64,000 nucleotides of DNA, from the NCBI RefSeq assembly GCF_004010195.1, contig NC_057718.1, positions 62,954,225-63,018,224 of the forward strand, read 5' to 3'. The translations under genes and the position numbers were made by a program. Under the pieces are notes generated by a model. It did not search any database. It worked only from the letters and a program-made list of their open reading frames with translations, and was not told the origin of the DNA. Of this stretch, positions 1-12,310 are shown piece by piece. Position 1 is the stretch's first letter; the number at the start of each line of letters is the position of its first letter. This DNA is from Chiloscyllium plagiosum (lineage: Eukaryota).

Positions 1-1163
1 AGGGGCTGTTTCCATGCTGTCTATCTCTAAGACTAATTACTTTCAAATTACTGTTTTGATTTACTTAGACATTCCATGTCAAATTGGCATTAAGACAATT
101 GAATAGTTAAAATGAATTCTGTTTAATTTGCTGAATTCAACACCATTGTATAACTACAAAAATATACATAAATTAATTTTAAAAAGATGGAGGTGACAAT
201 TAAGTTAGGATAAATTGAGAACACTAAATGAGTGTATTTAGCCTTTTTCTTTGCCAATTTTTGAAATGCATAAGCTGCAAGTCATTACCATAGACACAGA
301 TGTACAAGTAAACTTTGAAGTCTCAAAAATCCTCTAAAGTCAGGGGTCGACTTAGATTTAGAGGATTAAAAACTGAACCCTCAGTGCAACTGTTACATGT
401 GGTCACGTCTTAAAATTTCGCATGCCTTCACAAGAGGCTCCATAGCATCAATTTGACGTTTTGCACCCAGTTATAGCATTTACTGTGGGTGAAAAATTGT
501 GGATGACTACTAATATGAATATAGCATGCCATGGCTGTAAAGGGGATCAATTATATATACAATATATGCAAAAACATGACTTTGAGGCTGAAGAAATGGG
601 GCACCTTATATAATGTCTTGACTGATATGCTGCAATGCATTGTTGGATTATGGGACTGAAAACCACAAAGCTAAGTCAACTTGCTGTGGCAACACTTACT
701 GACAGCCCAGTGTCTGCATCATCAATGATGAATGGGTTTGAGACAGTGCTGCAGCAGTGACAAAGTCTGCAGCAAAGAGAACAAAGAAACATTGGTTTCT
801 CATGTGTATCATGCAGCAACTGGGAAATTGTAGTTAAGGCATCACCTTTACTTTCATGGGTAGAATGGGATACGTATTTGGTACCATTATCAAAACGGAT
901 GTACATACCATCAGCCACTGGTTAAATTATTGTTGGATTAATAAGAAATTTAATGGGAGGACTTCAACTATGTTTTTACACCTTCCCCAAATAAAGCTTC
1001 TGCAATCAAGCTATTATAGCCGGATTTGAAATGGGACTTCATCTGCATTTTTAAAAGTTGCATTAATCAAGGATTGCATGAAAATCTTTTTAAGGCATGA
1101 ACAGCAGCTCTCATGTCCTCTCAGTACTGAGACAAGGAAATAAAACACTACATAACCATTCAA

Positions 1164-1670
1164 CCTTAAAAGTCACATAACACCAGAGTATAGTCCATTA
1201 GGTGGGTGGTTGATGAAGGAGCAGCACACCGAAACCTAGTGCTTCCAAATAAACCTAAAAATCACACAATTGTAAGACACAGAATTTATGGCAAAAGTTT
1301 ACAGTGTGATGTAAATGAAAGTATAAATTGAAAAATACCTTGATTGTCTGTTGACAAGAGACAATCAAGGTATTTTTCAATGTATAATTTCAGTTACATC
1401 ACACTGTAAACTTTTGCTATAAATTCTGTGCCTTACAATTGTGTCCTCCATAACCATCTGATGAAGGAGTGGCGCTCCGAAAGCTAGTGTGCTTCCAATT
1501 AAACCTGTTGGACTATAACCTGGTGTTGTGTGATTTTTAACTTTGTATGCCCCAGTCCAACACTGGCATCTCCAAATCATGTCAAATAAACCTGTTGGAC
1601 TATAACCTGGTGTTAAGTGATTTTTAATTTTGTACACCCCAGTCCAACATCGGCATTCCAAAATCATGAC
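1164..1670. mobile_element. PLE terminal-repeat mosaic, family B (tandem and inverted copies)
   Basis: Same sequence family as 7348-8690 and 63266-63640. Internal inverted repeat ~1268-1349 / ~1360-1443. Tandem 3' ends at ~1500-1580 and ~1584-1668. TSD-like TAACCA(T/A)TCAA at 1153-1163 and 1671-1681. Confidence 0.75.
1455..1489 (+). ncRNA. Minimal type I hammerhead ribozyme motif (PLE family B)
   Basis: cat-CTGATGA-A-GGAGT(GGC)GCTCC-GAAA-GCTA-gtg. Intact core, stem II, palindromic AGCU stem III, predicted CUA cleavage triplet. A degenerate copy lies at ~1210-1240. Confidence 0.65.
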
Positions 1671-2989
1671 TAACCAATCAATACAGGCTATAAATTTCAA
1701 AATCATACTCATTAAAAAGAAAATATGAAGCAGTGCAAAGCTAGGAGAGCAAAATGATGAGAGATTTTAATTCACACATCTGGTTCAAAGTAATAGTGGC
1801 AACATTACTTGATCTTTCAGCAATGAGCCCAGACTAACAGTATAATACAAAATTTGGGACTTCCGAAATTCGTGAACTACTTCCACATCCCTTGAATTTG
1901 GTAGAACAAGTATCATGGGAGATTGTCACAAATATTTAGATGCCCAGCTCTAGAGATGTCAACCCTTCCGACAGAGGCACGCTGTGGATCATCCCTACTG
2001 TTAGGATAACTACCATTCCATTTTGTTCCGACAGCCATCGGGAGGATTTTCATCCATAGTCTGAAAACACAATAATACCAAACCCGATAGACATATGTTA
2101 GATATAAATCCAATTCTATAGGCACAAAGTCCTTTCCCACGGTAGTTTGTGTTCTATAACAAACCAACTGACTATTTCAACTGTCTGTATTTCAAATCCA
2201 TGCAGTTTCATGAAAAGACACCATTTCTTTCTCCCAGTTTCACCAATTCTTTTTTGATGACATAATCTTCCATACTAATCTTCCCTTCTTGCAATGGTTC
2301 TTCTTTCCCATAATAGTCAAGACCTTTAGTTGAGTCAATCCTATTCCCCATGGTTCTATTCCCCTTTTCGTTGAATCCCTACCCCCACTTCAAAACCATG
2401 ATGAGATTCCCTGTTGTTCTCCTTTTCCATATTTTCCTGTCATTTCCACCAGCTCAATAATTTTATCATGCCCCTTCCTTCATTTTCAAAGCTCCTCCTT
2501 CATGACAATATGCTCACTCTTCCTACACCCATGTCTAGAGACAGGCAATAATCTACATCCAGAAAAAAAACCTCAAAATATACAAATAACTAAGCAGAGA
2601 CTTAGGTCATTTGGTCCAACTTATGCCCAATATGTGCCTCCCTTCCATAGCCTTCGTCTAACCCTATCAACATAACCTTCTATTCTTTTCTCACTCATGG
2701 GCTTTTCCAGCTTCCTCTTAAATGCATGTATTTTGCTTACCTCAAATGCTTGATTATGGAACCATACGACATACTCTAACCACCTTATACACAAACGTCC
2801 CACAAGAGGAGACATGACCAGATAATAATATTCTGGCATCATTAGTTGAAGGGCAAGTATTCCCCATTTCACTGCTCTTGCTCTCAATATGGACTGTTCA
2901 GGTGACCAGAGAACATTTTACAATGTGAGCAACAGTTGGCAAAACAGGAATAGTGTGAAATCTTAGACACATCCATGCAGATGTCTTAC

Positions 2990-3115
2990 CTGTTCGGTGT
3001 GCACACTGGGGTGAAGAGCGGACACTAGATTAAGAAGGTGACGGAGTGGAACAGGGTCCAGGTGCTTAATAAGGGAAGGGAACAAATCATGGATGTATCG
3101 ACTACAGTGCTTCAA
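2990..3115 (-). CDS. USP34: USP34 coding exon (exon 11 ortholog), 126 nt: LKHCSRYIHDLFPSLIKHLDPVPLRHLLNLVSALHPSVHTEQ
   Basis: Inside ORF 2963..3187. Acceptor ctgcaatacag, donor gtaaga. Confidence 0.95.
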
Positions 3116-3799
3116 CTGTATTGCAGGAGAGGAGAACATAAAAGGAAACATGTCAAAAAATACACTTGTGCACAGCTGAAATAACAAGTGTCACAAACTG
3201 GAGATATTAAAGCTGATCACATAATTAAGTTTTACAAAAGTTAATTGCCACGAATTAAACAGTTTTCAAAAGAGAAACTTCTACAAAAGAAACTTTAACC
3301 CAGGTGATGGATTGAGCCATTATTCTAAATCAGGTTGCAGCAGTGCAATGTTTGTCCAAGTGCAACATTACAAAGAAAGACACGATTACATCAAACAGTC
3401 CCAGGAAATTATTGATGGGATTAGATTAAAGCAAACTGAGAATTTAGACAAATAAAAGCTTGATTAGAACCAAGTTAAACTGAATAGCAAGAAGGTGTTG
3501 TTCAAGAGAACATAGAATTGACAAGATCATGGGGGGTGGGGGGGGGGGGGGGGTGTCTCATTATCTTCTAAAACCAAATATTTTTAGTGTTTAACTGTCA
3601 AACAAAGGAAACATATCACAAAACACAGATTTCTAATGTGTTTGCTGTCACACGTTACAGAGAAAAAAAAACTAAAAACAATTCTGAAAAAGCATCACCA
3701 TATGACTGAACAGCTAATGCAATTCCCATGACCAACAAACACAAATGCTGAAAACGGATACATTGATCACCTAGGAAAATCTAATCCAATCATATTCCA

Positions 3800-4540
3800 T
3801 TTCAGAGGAAAATCGATTATCCGAATATCGCATTATCCGAAGGAGATCTCGAGGTCCCGATAGAAATATTACATCAAAGACCGATCGCGCCTTTCGTTTA
3901 CAGTGATTAAAAATGAACTCCGCTTCCTGAAATGCTGCCTAGAACTGTCCTGCACAGATGGGAGCCCAGGCACTGTCTCCAAATGACTGACCTACGACCC
4001 TCTCCCTACTTTCCCTGGAGTTCTACTCAGGGATGTACCCTAAACCCCCCATTTCCCCAAATAATCTCTCCAACATTGTCCTGTCAAAGGTAGAACCTGT
4101 CAAAAAGTTGCAGTAGAAAGGGGTGTGCGTGTGTGTGTGTGCGCGCGTTATTTGGAGACTCACCCCCCAAGAGGCAGCAGCAGCAGCCTTCTTGTTGTTG
4201 GTGTCCAGTCCGGCTGCCCCAGAGCAGGGGCGGGGCTGCACAGGGGACGAAGTGTTGGACGGAGTTGGGGGGGGTGGGGGGCCAGTGTTGGAGCGGCTTG
4301 GGGGGCAGGTGTTGGACGGGGTTATGGGGTGGGCAGGTGATGTTGTACAGGGCTGGGGGCAGGAGACGACAGAGTTGGACGGGGTTGGGGGGCAGGCGGT
4401 CGTGGCAGAAGGCCGGGGGGGGCCAATGTTGGACGGGAGGCGGTGTTGGACGGGGTTTTGGGGGGGGTCTCACGTGTGTGGTATGCTGCTGCCTATTCTC
4501 CTGCCAAGGAGACAAGGATGAAAGATTGCATGCAAAGAAT
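3800..4540. repeat. GC-rich interspersed repeat containing a G-rich minisatellite (core TGTTGGACGGG, ~4250-4470) and (GT)n/(GCA)n tracts
   Basis: Sharp GC and CpG increase over the flanks. About 7 imperfect copies of gTGTTGGACGGgg. Left end has repeated ATTATCCGAA, resembling a DNA-transposon end; no matching right end seen. Confidence 0.6.
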
Positions 4541-4552
4541 CTCAAAAATGTA

Positions 4553-4745
4553 TCTGCCGCTTCCGGTTGTTGTAAATCACTATAAATGCCAGAGGAAACA
4601 TCACAGAAGCGCTTCACAGGAGGCTCCCAAGCACTGGAGGATGTCACCTAGACAGGGGACGAAACGTCTGCAACACAAATTTCCAGCTTGGCGAACAGAA
4701 CCACAACAACGAGCACCTGAGCTACAAATCTTCTCACAAACTTTG
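4553..4745 (+). mobile_element. PLE family C 3' fragment with HHR motif (extra G in core) at ~4631-4671
   Basis: Near-identical to 49300-49471. Motif gca-CTGGAGGA-TGTCACCTAGACAGGGGAC-GAAA-CGTC-tgc. Confidence 0.8.
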
Positions 4746-5177
4746 TTGCTCAAATCTGCAATGAACTAATCTCAGCTGCTGAAATAAGGTAACTATATTT
4801 AATATACAGTCAGCTTTGAACCACTGAACATAGTCCAAATGAGCTACTACATTTTTTGTGTTTGCATAAATATATAACTACTTACCTATATGCACAAATT
4901 CAAAACATTGTATTGAAAAGAAAACCTTTATCAATATTTCACTGGCATGCACAAATTAAGGCCAACTCTAACAAAAAAATTTAAATCACTTTTTGTCTCA
5001 GTAGGATTTGACGTTGAGTGTTCCTAATAAACACTACCTTTGCAAAATTACTTCCAAGAAAATCATTAAAATAGTCACTTTTTTGAAAAAAAAAGCAAAT
5101 ATGTATATTTGTATTATACAGTATTTGTCTTTTAAACACCAGAAGTCTGCAAAATTGTGGATTTATTTCATTAGTAC

Positions 5178-5270
5178 CTGTGCTGCTGCCCAAATACAAT
5201 CTATATGCTGTGTGCTAAGTCTCCCTTCTGCAGCTAGAAAGTTCAAGATGACTTGGCATTGTTTGATGAT
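5178..5270 (-). CDS. USP34: USP34 coding exon (exon 10 ortholog), 93 nt: IIKQCQVILNFLAAEGRLSTQHIDCIWAAAQ
   Basis: Inside ORF 5163..5387. Acceptor attttgcag, donor gtacta. Confidence 0.95.
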
Positions 5271-5389
5271 CTGCAAAATTAATAAATGGAAGAATTGTGA
5301 AAGCAGGAAACATGTTTTGCAAGCTTGTTTTGAGATGCTCAGTAGACGAGTGGGAGAGAAAGAAGAAAAAAAAAGTGATCCAGACAAAC

Positions 5390-5471
5390 CTCAATGTGCA
5401 AATTTGGTCCAAAGATATGTTCAACAACACTGTTATGAATTAGCCAGTCAGCTAGTTCCTTTGCAATTGAC
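5390..5471 (-). CDS. USP34: USP34 coding exon (exon 9 ortholog), 82 nt: (T)SIAKELADWLIHNSVVEHIFGPNLHIE
   Basis: Inside ORF 5339..5524. Acceptor atcgtgcag, donor gtttgt. Confidence 0.95.
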
Positions 5472-5673
5472 CTGCACGATAGTAAAAACAGGAAAAAAGG
5501 TTTACACCTAAAGATTTCCTTCAATTCCCTACTTCTGCAACTTTCTAGAACTGCATTGTTAATTTTCTTTCAGAAGGCTTATGGACATTTGGTAAACAAT
5601 CATCTTAATTATCTTCTCTCCACATAAGCATTTGATGTTGGATCATCTCTCTAATTGAAACACCGTTACTTAC

Positions 5674-5735
5674 GTTTCAGTATCTGACACCAAAGATTCA
5701 TTATTACAAACATCGTTGAATGTGTGAAGTTGATT
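5674..5735 (-). CDS. USP34: USP34 coding exon (exon 8 ortholog), 62 nt: NQLHTFNDVCNNESLVSDTE(T)
   Basis: Manual translation matches the recalled human sequence. Acceptor tttcctgacag, donor gtaagt. Confidence 0.95.
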
Positions 5736-5919
5736 CTGTCAGGAAAGAAAAGTTAGAAATTAAATTTTACAGATAAGTTAATTTGCAAATTAATTACTTT
5801 ACTGAAAATGTGAAGTTTATTGAATACAATTGATTTAAAAGGGAAACAGTACAACCAAGGGGTTTATTGGACATGCTTAGAAAACAAATTTCTTAAAAGT
5901 AATATCAAATTAAACCTTT

Positions 5920-8890
5920 TTCCATTGAGCCCCTCTTCATACCTCAGCCCTGCTATCGAAGGAATCAGACTGGCCAAACATTCCCGCCATAGCCAGAACA
6001 TCAATTCTCAGATAAAGAACAAACAAAAACTGCACACAACACAGATGTAGTCTCACCAAAGCTCTGTACGACTGCAACAAGACATCTCTGCTACTGAACT
6101 TGAATCTACTTGCTATGAAGGCCAACGTACCATTTGCTTTCTTTACAGCCTGTTGAACCTGCATGCTCACTTTCAGTGTCTGCATACCACGGTCTCATTG
6201 CACCTACTGCTTTCCCAACCCATCACCATTCAGATAATAATCTGCTTTCTGGTTTTTCCTACCAGAATGGATAACCTCACATTTACCCAGAATAAACTGC
6301 ATCTGTCAGGTATATGCCCACTCAGCTTGCTCACATGACGCTGAAGCATGTCTGCATCCTCCCAGTTCACCTTCCTATCCAGCTTTGTCTCATGTGCTAA
6401 CTTGGAGATGTTACATTTAGTTCCCTCAACTAAAATATTACTATACATTGTGAATAGCTGGGGTCCAAGCACTGATCCCTATGGTATCCCACTAGCCACT
6501 ACCTGCCACTCCAAAAGAAATCTCATTTATTACTACTTTGCTTCCTGCCTGTCAACCTGTTCTCTATTCATGTTAGTACACTACCCCCAATCCTAAGCAC
6601 TTTAATTTTACAGTTATCTCGTGGGACTTTATTGAACACCATCTGAAAATCCAAGTAAACGTCTTATCAACTCTACTGGTTATAGTCTCAAGATTCTGGC
6701 TGATTTGTCAAGCATGACTTTCTTTTCATAAATCCATGCTGACACTGTCTGATCCTGTCACTGTTTTCCCAAATGCTCTGCTATTAAACCTTGTCTAATG
6801 GGTTCTAGAATAATCCCTACTACTGTCAGTCCATCCAATCAATAATTCCGTGTTTTTACTCTACCTCCATTTTTGTTTCAAAATAATAATGAGATGACGT
6901 TAGCTACTTTCTTATCCATAGGAATTGTTCCAAAGTCTTTAAAATCTTGAAAGATGACCAGCAATACATCCACCATTCCAAGAGTCACTTCTGGGATGTA
7001 GATCATCAAGCCACGTGGATTTAATAGCTTTTAATCCTAATTAATTTTCTCACCTCCATTTCCCAACTAATACGGATTTCCTTCCGTTCCCCTTTCATTT
7101 GACCCAGTGTTTCCCAAAATTTTGGGGGACGTTATTTGCATCCACCTTTGTGAAGGCAAAACCAAATAGATTTGTTTAATTGGTCTGCCATATCGTCAAG
7201 TTGATAACTGTCCCTGTTTCTGACTGGAAGGTGCCTACATTTGTTTCCACTCATCATTTTTACATACCCCAATAAATGCTTTTACTATTTGTACGTGCCC
7301 CTACAAATTTACTCTCGTACTCCATTTTCTCCCACTTTATTTCCTTTTTAAAAACCACACAACACCAGATTATAGTCCAACAGGTTTAATTGGAAGCTCT
7401 AACTTTCAGAGTGCCGCTCCTTCAACAGGTGGTTGTGGAGGACACAATTGTAAGACACAGAATTTATAGCAAAAAAGTTTACAGTGTGATGTAACTGAAA
7501 TTATACATTGAAATATACCTTGGTTGTCTGTTGAGTCTATCAACTATTTGAATACCAGGATAGTTTCACTTCTTTCATATGTAAATCACAACCTTTTTTT
7601 AAAAAAAAGTTACATTCTCAGGTTAATTGTAACAATTGGTGTTAGTCAGATAACATGTTGAAGGTGTTAGCCCCCTGTGTCCTCCGTCTGTGCCATAACG
7701 TTTAGATTGATTCTAATCTAAAAAGTGAGTTAACAGAGTCTTACATGAATTCATGCAGTTGTTGAGCAAAGTACAACGTAATTCTGCAAGTACAAATTCA
7801 CCCCAGAAACATATATGTATATGAATGCATGTGTGTGTCTGTCTGTCTGGGGTGGGTTGTGAGTGAGAGTGAGTGTATATGTGTATATATATGAGTGTCG
7901 AGTGTCTAAGTCTGTGAGGAGGTGTGTGTGTTTGGGGTGGGGAGTTGTGAGTGTCTGTGAGAAAGTGTATATGTGTGTGAGTGTAGAATGGTCTGTGAGA
8001 GGATGTATGTGAGAGTGTGGGAGTGCATGTGTGAGAGTAGCTGTGTGCGTGTCTGTGTATAGGAGTGCGTGCGCGTATATATAAAATATATATATATAGT
8101 GCAATGGTGGTCACCTGTAGTATGACATAAACCCAAGGTCCCAATTGAGGCCCTCCCTATAGGTGCAGATCACACACGCACACAAAAACCCATATGCACG
8201 TGGGGTGAATTTGTACTTGCAGAGTTACATTGTACTTTGCTCAAAAACTGCATGAATTCATGTAAGACTCTGTTAACTCACTTTTTAGATTAGAATCAGT
8301 CGAAACATTATGGCACAGGCAGAGGACACAGGGGGCTAACATCTTCAACAGATTATCTGGCTAACACCAATTGTTACAGTTAACCTAAGAATGTAACTTT
8401 TAAAAAAAAGTTGTGATTTACATATGAAAGAAGTGAAACGATCATGGTGCTCAAACATATGAAAGACTCAAACAAACAATCAAGGTATATTTCAATGTAT
8501 AATTTCAGTTACATCACACTGTAAACTTTTTTGCTATAAATTCTATGTCTTACAATTGTGTCCTCCACAACCACCTGAAGGAGCAGTGCTCCAAAAGCTA
8601 GTGCTTCCAATTAAACCTGTTGGACTATAATCTGGTGTTGTGTGATTTTTAACTTTGTACACCCCAGTCCAACACCGGCATCTCCAAATCTTAATTTCCT
8701 TTATCCTTCTTTGCCAAAATCTAAACTGCTACCAATCTTCAGGAATACCCTACCTTGGATCTAATATTATCCCCAATTTCCTTTGTTAGCCACAGTCAGG
8801 CCAACTTTCCCATTTTATTTTTGTGCCAGACAGGAATGACCAATTGTTGCACTTCCTCCATGCACTCTTTACATGTTTGCCATTGCCTAT
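5920..8890 (-). mobile_element. Decayed CR1-clade LINE ORF2, interrupted by the PLE at 7348-8690
   Basis: ORF fragments LGPQLFT...CNISKLAHETKL and QVQQAVKKANGTLAFIAS...LLQSYRALVRLHL are typical CR1 RT and C-terminal sequence. Confidence 0.8.
7348..8690. mobile_element. PLE family B fold-back insertion with ~460 bp inverted arms and a (GT/GA)n-rich spacer
   Basis: 7348-~7805 is the reverse complement of ~8200-8652. Right arm has an extra 38 nt (8653-8690). Degenerate HHR cores at ~7397-7431 (-) and ~8572-8603 (+). TSD-like tt(t/a)atttccttt on both sides. Confidence 0.8.
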
Positions 8891-8921
8891 CCTGAAATAC
8901 ATCAAAAAAGGAGAAACAAGG

Positions 8922-9020
8922 CAAAAATAGAAATTGCTGGAGAAACTCAGCAAGTCTGGCAGCATCTGTAGAGAGAAAACAGTTAATGTTTCGGATCAAG
9001 TGACCCTTTCTTCAAAACTA
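8922..9020 (-). mobile_element. PLE family D terminal fragment with degenerate HHR
   Basis: Minus strand reads TTGAAGA-AA-GGGTC(ACTT)GATCC-GAAA-CATTAAC, followed by GATGCTGCCAGACTTGCTGAG..TCCAGCA. Related to 15645-15770. Confidence 0.6.
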
Positions 9021-10937
9021 ATAACATCAAGCAAGAAGTGATCTTAATTTTTAAATGCATATTTACTTGCATATGAAGTTTGGGAAGGACTTAAACTGGA
9101 ATGTACTTAAACTGGAATGTACTTTCTGACCCATTATGTATACTAAACAGGCAAAGTTAATAGGAAAGAATTTCTGGGAGATTCCCATGCTCATCTTCTG
9201 TAGAGAAGTGAAGAAATCCAAGAAAAAAAAGACTAAGCATCATTTATACTATTCTTCCAGAGTTTACTTGCCTCTCCAACTGAGTTATGGTTCACAAACA
9301 TAGGATCACCATAGTAATTAATATTAAAAAGTACTTTTGCTCTTATTTGACCAGAAACAGAAAAAATGCAGAACTGTTAATTTGGGAAAGTAGAAAAGTT
9401 GCATGTATAGATTGTCTGTAACATCAACATAATGTGTAACTGAAAAACAAACAAATGATTTGCATCCTAGAATCAGAAATAAAATTTCAAAATCTGTGGA
9501 CATTAAATTGCCACGGTTAGTTATTATTACACAATACTATCAAATGCATGACATTACTAAACTTGCAAAATGAGCATGCACTGACAAATGAATTTTAATA
9601 TAAGCATGTGTGGAGGTGGCAAAGTTTGCTAGGAAAGACATGGAAGTCAGTCTATTACTGGGATAACCGAGATTAAATTGGTGGAAGAACAAAGGAATTT
9701 GGAGCTACAAATACATACACCACAAAGAGTAACAATAGAAGAAGACAATAAAGCATTGAAACAAATAAAAAACAGTGCATTTCTAGAGGGAAGGAGTTAG
9801 AAAGGAGTGAAATTACATTGCATGTGCGTAAAAAACACACAGAAACAATAGATCTTTCATCCAAAGTCTGTTCCGCTATTCAATGAGATCACAATCTATC
9901 CAATAATGCTCAACTCCACTTTCCATTGTGCCCATGCTCTTGATTCCCTTTAATGATTAAAGATTTGTCTCTCAACTTGGAATATACCCAGCCTCAGTCT
10001 CCTGTGGTAAAGAATTCCACAGATTCACTACTATCAAAAGAAATTCCTCATCTATCTGAGATGGGTGACTCACTGCCTTAAATGGACAAACATAATTTGA
10101 TGGTGACATCACCCAAGAGTACACAGTTCCAGAATTCATATTATAAACAGGATATTGAAACACTGGTGAAGCTGCTGAGAAGATTCAGAAGGATGGTACC
10201 AGAATTTATAAAATACAATCAATAACTGCTGAATATCTAGGAATTTTTATACTGACTAATGAGCAACCCTTCAGATACCTCATGAAAGGGCTAGTTAGTG
10301 TAGTTAGCAATATTACTAGTATATCAAGAAACCAAAATATAAAAAGCTAAACACTAAGAAGTCCAATAAGGAATTCAGGAAAATTGTCTTGACATAGAAT
10401 GGTCAAAATATGGAACTCCCGATTTCAAAATGTACTGCCTGTGAATAAAAATTAAAGATATGCAGATAGCAACTGATCGAGCGGCTGGGGGGGGGGGGGG
10501 GGGGGGGGTAACCATTTAAACAGAGTCTAAACACTTGCATGGATCAGTTAAAGTGAATGACCTGTACCATTCTGACTTGGCAATAGATTGCTGTTTTTTT
10601 CAGTGTCGCTGGATCAAAATCATTAAACTTTCTCCCTAACAGAATAAATGGGTCAACCTATACCAGATGGACTGCCGCAGTCCAAGAAGATAGTTCATCA
10701 ACATATTCTCAAGGGAAGTAGGAATGGACAATAACCCAAACCACCAACATTCCACTGATGTATTTTTAAATATCTGTCCTGTTCATACAATTACAAGCAA
10801 TTCTAAATGAAAGCAGTTTTTTTTAAGCAGCAAGTTTAGGCACAATAATAGAATGCAACAAGTAACCAGAACCAATTGTATGTCACAAACATTCAGTTTT
10901 CAGTTAGTTAGTCAATGTCTACAAGGTTACGACTCAC

Positions 10938-11130
10938 TGTAATCTGACTCAGTCCAGCCAACCTCATAGTTAGAGTTGGTGACATGAAATACTTGAATGC
11001 AAGATCCAAACTTTCTTTATCAAAACATAGTGCTGTATCCAAGGGCTCCTTAACTGTACTCCACATCAAATCTGCCATGTTGCGTGCAGCACTTTGTCGC
11101 AATTCCTGGTCTGAAAGTTTACATAGATAC
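10938..11130 (-). CDS. USP34: USP34 coding exon (exon 7 ortholog), 193 nt: (R)YLCKLSDQELRQSAARNMADLMWSTVKEPLDTALCFDKESLDLAFKYFMSPTLTMRLAGLSQIT
   Basis: Inside ORF 10908..11225. Acceptor tcatatctag, donor gtgagt. Confidence 0.96.
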
Positions 11131-11273
11131 CTAGATATGAACATTTTTGAAAAATGTAAAATAGGATTATTTTTTTGAAAATGCACCTTAATTTTTTTCC
11201 AAATGAAAAACAAAGTATTTGCCATAGTATTTTTGATGGAATGTTAAAATGCGTATTCAGTCTGATCACTTAC

Positions 11274-11341
11274 CTTATAACATAAGTTCTAAAGGGGATA
11301 ACATGCTGCATAACAGCAGGGATGTGTAACCATATCCTGAT
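11274..11341 (-). CDS. USP34: USP34 coding exon (exon 6 ortholog), 68 nt: IRIWLHIPAVMQHVIPFRTYVI(R)
   Basis: Manual translation. Acceptor atgttacag, donor gtaagt. Confidence 0.95.
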
Positions 11342-11829
11342 CTGTAACATTAAACAAAACATAAACTGTTATAGTTCAATTACAAATTAACTCCTTTGCT
11401 AGAGCTACATTATGACTATTTAGCAAATACATTTATTTTACCATGCTAAAAATATTAACCATCACTTTCAGCATCAAAATACAACTTTCTGGGAGTCAGA
11501 TGGAAACTGTATGGTGCCTCTATAGGGCATCAGGAGATAACTCAAGAAAAACTGACCCAAGAGGCTATAGCAAGAGTAAAGATACATAGAGGGAAATAAA
11601 ATGTGTCACAAAATGGCATTAAATGACAGAAAGTTAGTTCAACTGCAATTACAATATAATAATATATTATAGTAGTACATAAGCAGTTTTTAAAATGCAA
11701 CTTCTTGTTCAATTAACTTATTGTAATTAATGTGCATCATTCCTGAGTATTTGTTATATTGTTTTTGCTGCTGCCCGTAAGTTCAGAGGTTATGTGGAAT
11801 AGCTTGAAAACTTCAAGTTTTAAATCATA

Positions 11830-12310
11830 CAGTAGGGTCCAGGGAGGGGCAATTTTCTCCATACAGATGGTGGTGAGTGCCTAGAATGGGGTCTCCTAGA
11901 GGTAGTGGTGGAAGCGAGTACAATTTCATTATTTAAGAAATATTCAGACAGCTACACGACTGCGATGGGTATTTTGGGGGGAGGGGGATATGGACCAAAC
12001 ACAAGCAAACGGGACTAGATTAGTTATGAAAACTGGGCAGCATGGACAAGTTGGGCCAAAAGGGCCTGTTGGGAGACAGTGAGGACTACAGATGCTGGAG
12101 ATCAGAGTCTTGAGTCCGGTACTGGAAAAGCACAGCAGGGTAGGCAGCGTCTGAGGAGCAGGAGAATCGACATTTCGGGCGTTGCCCTTCATCAGGGATG
12201 AGAAATTCACATTCCTGATGAAAGGCTTATGCCCGAAACGTCGATTCTCCTGCTCTTCGGATGCTGCCTGACCAAAGGGCCTTTTTCCAAATTGTAGACC
12301 TGTATAACTA
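11830..12310 (+). mobile_element. CR1/HER1-type LINE 3' end, with the PLE at 12071-12272 inserted in its tail
   Basis: The tail gcatggacaagttgggccaaaagggcctgtt also occurs at 1-35, ~26110-26160, ~38875-38935 and ~62525-62580. Confidence 0.7.
12071..12272. mobile_element. PLE family A fold-back insertion with two divergently oriented HHR motifs
   Basis: Minus ~12165-12199: CTGATGA-A-GGGC(AAC)GCCC-GAAA-TGTC-gatt. Plus ~12211-12246: attc-CTGATGA-A-AGGC(TTAT)GCCC-GAAA-CGTC-gatt. Duplicated flank CCAAA(A)GGGCCT.TT. Confidence 0.8.

Noticed and set aside
286..645. Possible ancient Tc1/mariner-type MITE
   Set aside because: Ends too degenerate to establish TIRs or a TSD by eye.
4023..4769. Six overlapping ORFs (up to 187 aa; Pro- or Gly-rich)
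   Set aside because: Produced by the stop-poor G-rich minisatellite and the adjoining PLE fragment. No gene-like features.
5008..5511. 167-aa plus-strand ORF
   Set aside because: Antisense shadow of USP34 exons 9-10.
7713..8144. His/Thr-rich ORFs
   Set aside because: Translation of a (CA)n-rich microsatellite.
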